From Octopus sinensis (Eukaryota): a stretch of DNA of 64,000 bases. The notes beneath the pieces are model-generated. The model was not told where the DNA came from. It ran no database searches and was given only the letters and a program-made list of their open reading frames with translations. The number at the start of each line of letters is the position of its first letter. The stretch's first letter is position 1. Position numbers and translations under genes: made by a program. Positions 62,142 to 64,000 of the stretch are shown here, in pieces. The stretch lies in the NCBI RefSeq assembly GCF_006345805.1, contig NC_042998.1:19840001-19904000 (forward strand), written 5' to 3'.

Positions 62142-64000
62142 TTTCAGGGGATTTCTTTTGATATTTTAGTTATGGTTTGGGGGGCTCTTTTTCAGATTTA
62201 CAGAATACGATAATATTATTGTGGGGTTTTATGTCGTTTCGGGCTGATACTTCATGTGGCTTCTTATATTAAATTCAAATATGTGTATCAGATTTGTTTT
62301 AAGACATTCAGACTTAAATGGTTTTCATTATGTTTAACTGAAGAAGGTTTTACGCTACGAGAATCAAACATGATTAATTTCGAGACCATATCAGCTAAAA
62401 GATTTGATTGTGTGGAAAGCATTTCGTAGTAGGGTTGGTTTGGTTTAGACATTACCTCATGGAGGAGTTTCAATAATCTTAAATCACGCAAGTACTTCCC
62501 TTAAATCACATTTATTGATTTCATTATCGGTTATATTTATCGTCACTTAGTTATACTGAATTATCGTTTGAGATATTCCCTTCGGGTAAGCATTTCATTT
62601 TGGTTTTGTATATTTTCAGTTAGAGACGAAAGACCCATTTTTAGTAAAGCTGTATATTTCATTTGTAGTTTCCACGAACACATATTAAATCTACAAACGT
62701 CAGCTTATTTCAATATCGTACTTTACCATACGCCTGGAGTTTATATCATGTGATGCCTTAATTTATTACCTGTTCGTTTCAGGGGATTTCTTTTGATATT
62801 TTAGTTATGGTTTGGGGGGCTCTTTTTCAGATTTACAGAATACGATAATATTATTGTGGGGTTTTATGTCGTTTCGGGCTGATACTTCATGTGGCTTCTT
62901 ATATTAAATTCAAATATGTGTATCAGATTTGTTTTAAGACATTCAGACTTAAATGGTTTTCATTATGTTTAACTGAAGAAGGTTTTACGCTACGAGAATC
63001 AAACATGATTAATTTCGAGACCATATCAGCTAAAAGATTTGATTGTGTGGAAAGCATTTCGTAGTAGGGTTGGTTTGGTTTAGACATTACCTCATGGAGG
63101 AGTTTCAATAATCTTAAATCACGCAAGTACTTCCCTTAAATCACATTATTGATTTCATTATCGGTTATATTTATCGTCACTTAGTTATACTGAATTATCG
63201 TTTGAGATATTCCCTTCGGGTAAGCATTTCATTTTGTTTTGTATATTTTCAGTTAGAGACGAAAGACCCATTTTTAGTAAAGCTGTATATTTCATTTGTA
63301 GTTTCCACGAACACATATTAAATCTACAAACGTCAGCTTATTTCAATATCGTACTTTACCATACGCCTGGAGTTTATATCATGTGATGCCTTAATTTATT
63401 ACCTGTTCGTTTCAGGGGATTTCTTGTGATATTTTAGTTAGGGTTTGGAGGGCTCTTTTTCAGATTTACAGAATACGATAATATTATTGTGGGGTTTTAT
63501 GTCGTTTCGGGCTGATACTTCATGTGGCTTCTTATATTAAATTCAAATATGTGTATCAGATTTGTTTTAAGACATTCAGACTTAAATGGTTTTCATTATG
63601 TTTAACTGAAGAAGGTTTTACGCTACGAGAATCAAACATGATTAATTTCGAGACCATATCAGCTAAAAGATTTGATTGTGTGGAAAGCATTTCGTAGTAG
63701 GGTTGGTTTGGTTTAGACATTACCTCATGGAGGAGTTTCAATAATCTTAAATCACGCAAGTACTTCCCTTAAATCACAGTTATTGATTTCATTATCGGTT
63801 ATATTTATCGTCACTTAGTTATACTGAATTATCGTTTGAGATATTCCCTTCGGGTAAGCATTTCATTTTGGTTTTGTATATTTTCGGTTAGAGACGAAAG
63901 ACCCATTTTTAGTAAAGCTGTTTATTTCATTTGTAGTTTCCACGAACACATATTAAATCTACAAACGTCAGCTTATTTCAATATCGTACTTTACCATACG
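62142..64000. repeat. Tandem array of a 633-635 bp unit (2.9 copies, runs off window)
   Basis: Units start at 62142, 62777 and 63410; only a handful of differences; identical 67-aa minus-strand ORF in each. Confidence 0.95.

Noticed and set aside
62330-62400. CTGAAGA in the 633-bp tandem unit as a hammerhead
   Set aside because: No stem II closing onto a GAAA was found.
54971-64000. CRISPR-like arrays
   Set aside because: Units are 481-635 bp with no short repeat/unique spacer alternation, in a eukaryotic context.

Overview
AT-rich eukaryotic DNA that is almost entirely repeats. It has one 100-N gap, no CRISPR array, no rRNA, no true tRNA gene and no confidently identifiable host gene. The combination of four tRNA-headed SINE families, very dense (TA)n/(CATA)n/(TAA)n/(GATA)n microsatellites and decayed transposons looks like an octopus (cephalopod) intron or intergenic region; the host assignment is inference from recalled repeat families. 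Decayed autonomous elements: a Chapaev/CMC-like DDE transposase, three R4/Dong-type LINE fragments, a CR1/L2-type LINE 3' end, a Penelope-like element (RT plus GIY-YIG), a mariner and a Helitron Pif1 helicase. Nearly all ORFs in the supplied track are microsatellite artefacts. The main unexplained signal is a set of type I hammerhead ribozyme (HHR) motifs folded by eye: eight with a complete core and all three stems (24975, 33914, 37177, 54200, 54695, 55238, 55719, 56268), one with a poor stem I (2569) and two degenerate ones. Several sit once per unit in ORF-less 461-495 bp tandem or partially tandem units with short inverted ends, inserted in (TA)n. These are candidate retrozyme-like elements that could release circularizable monomer RNAs. 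One HHR lies directly downstream of a tRNA-type Pol III promoter. None of these folds has been computed or tested.
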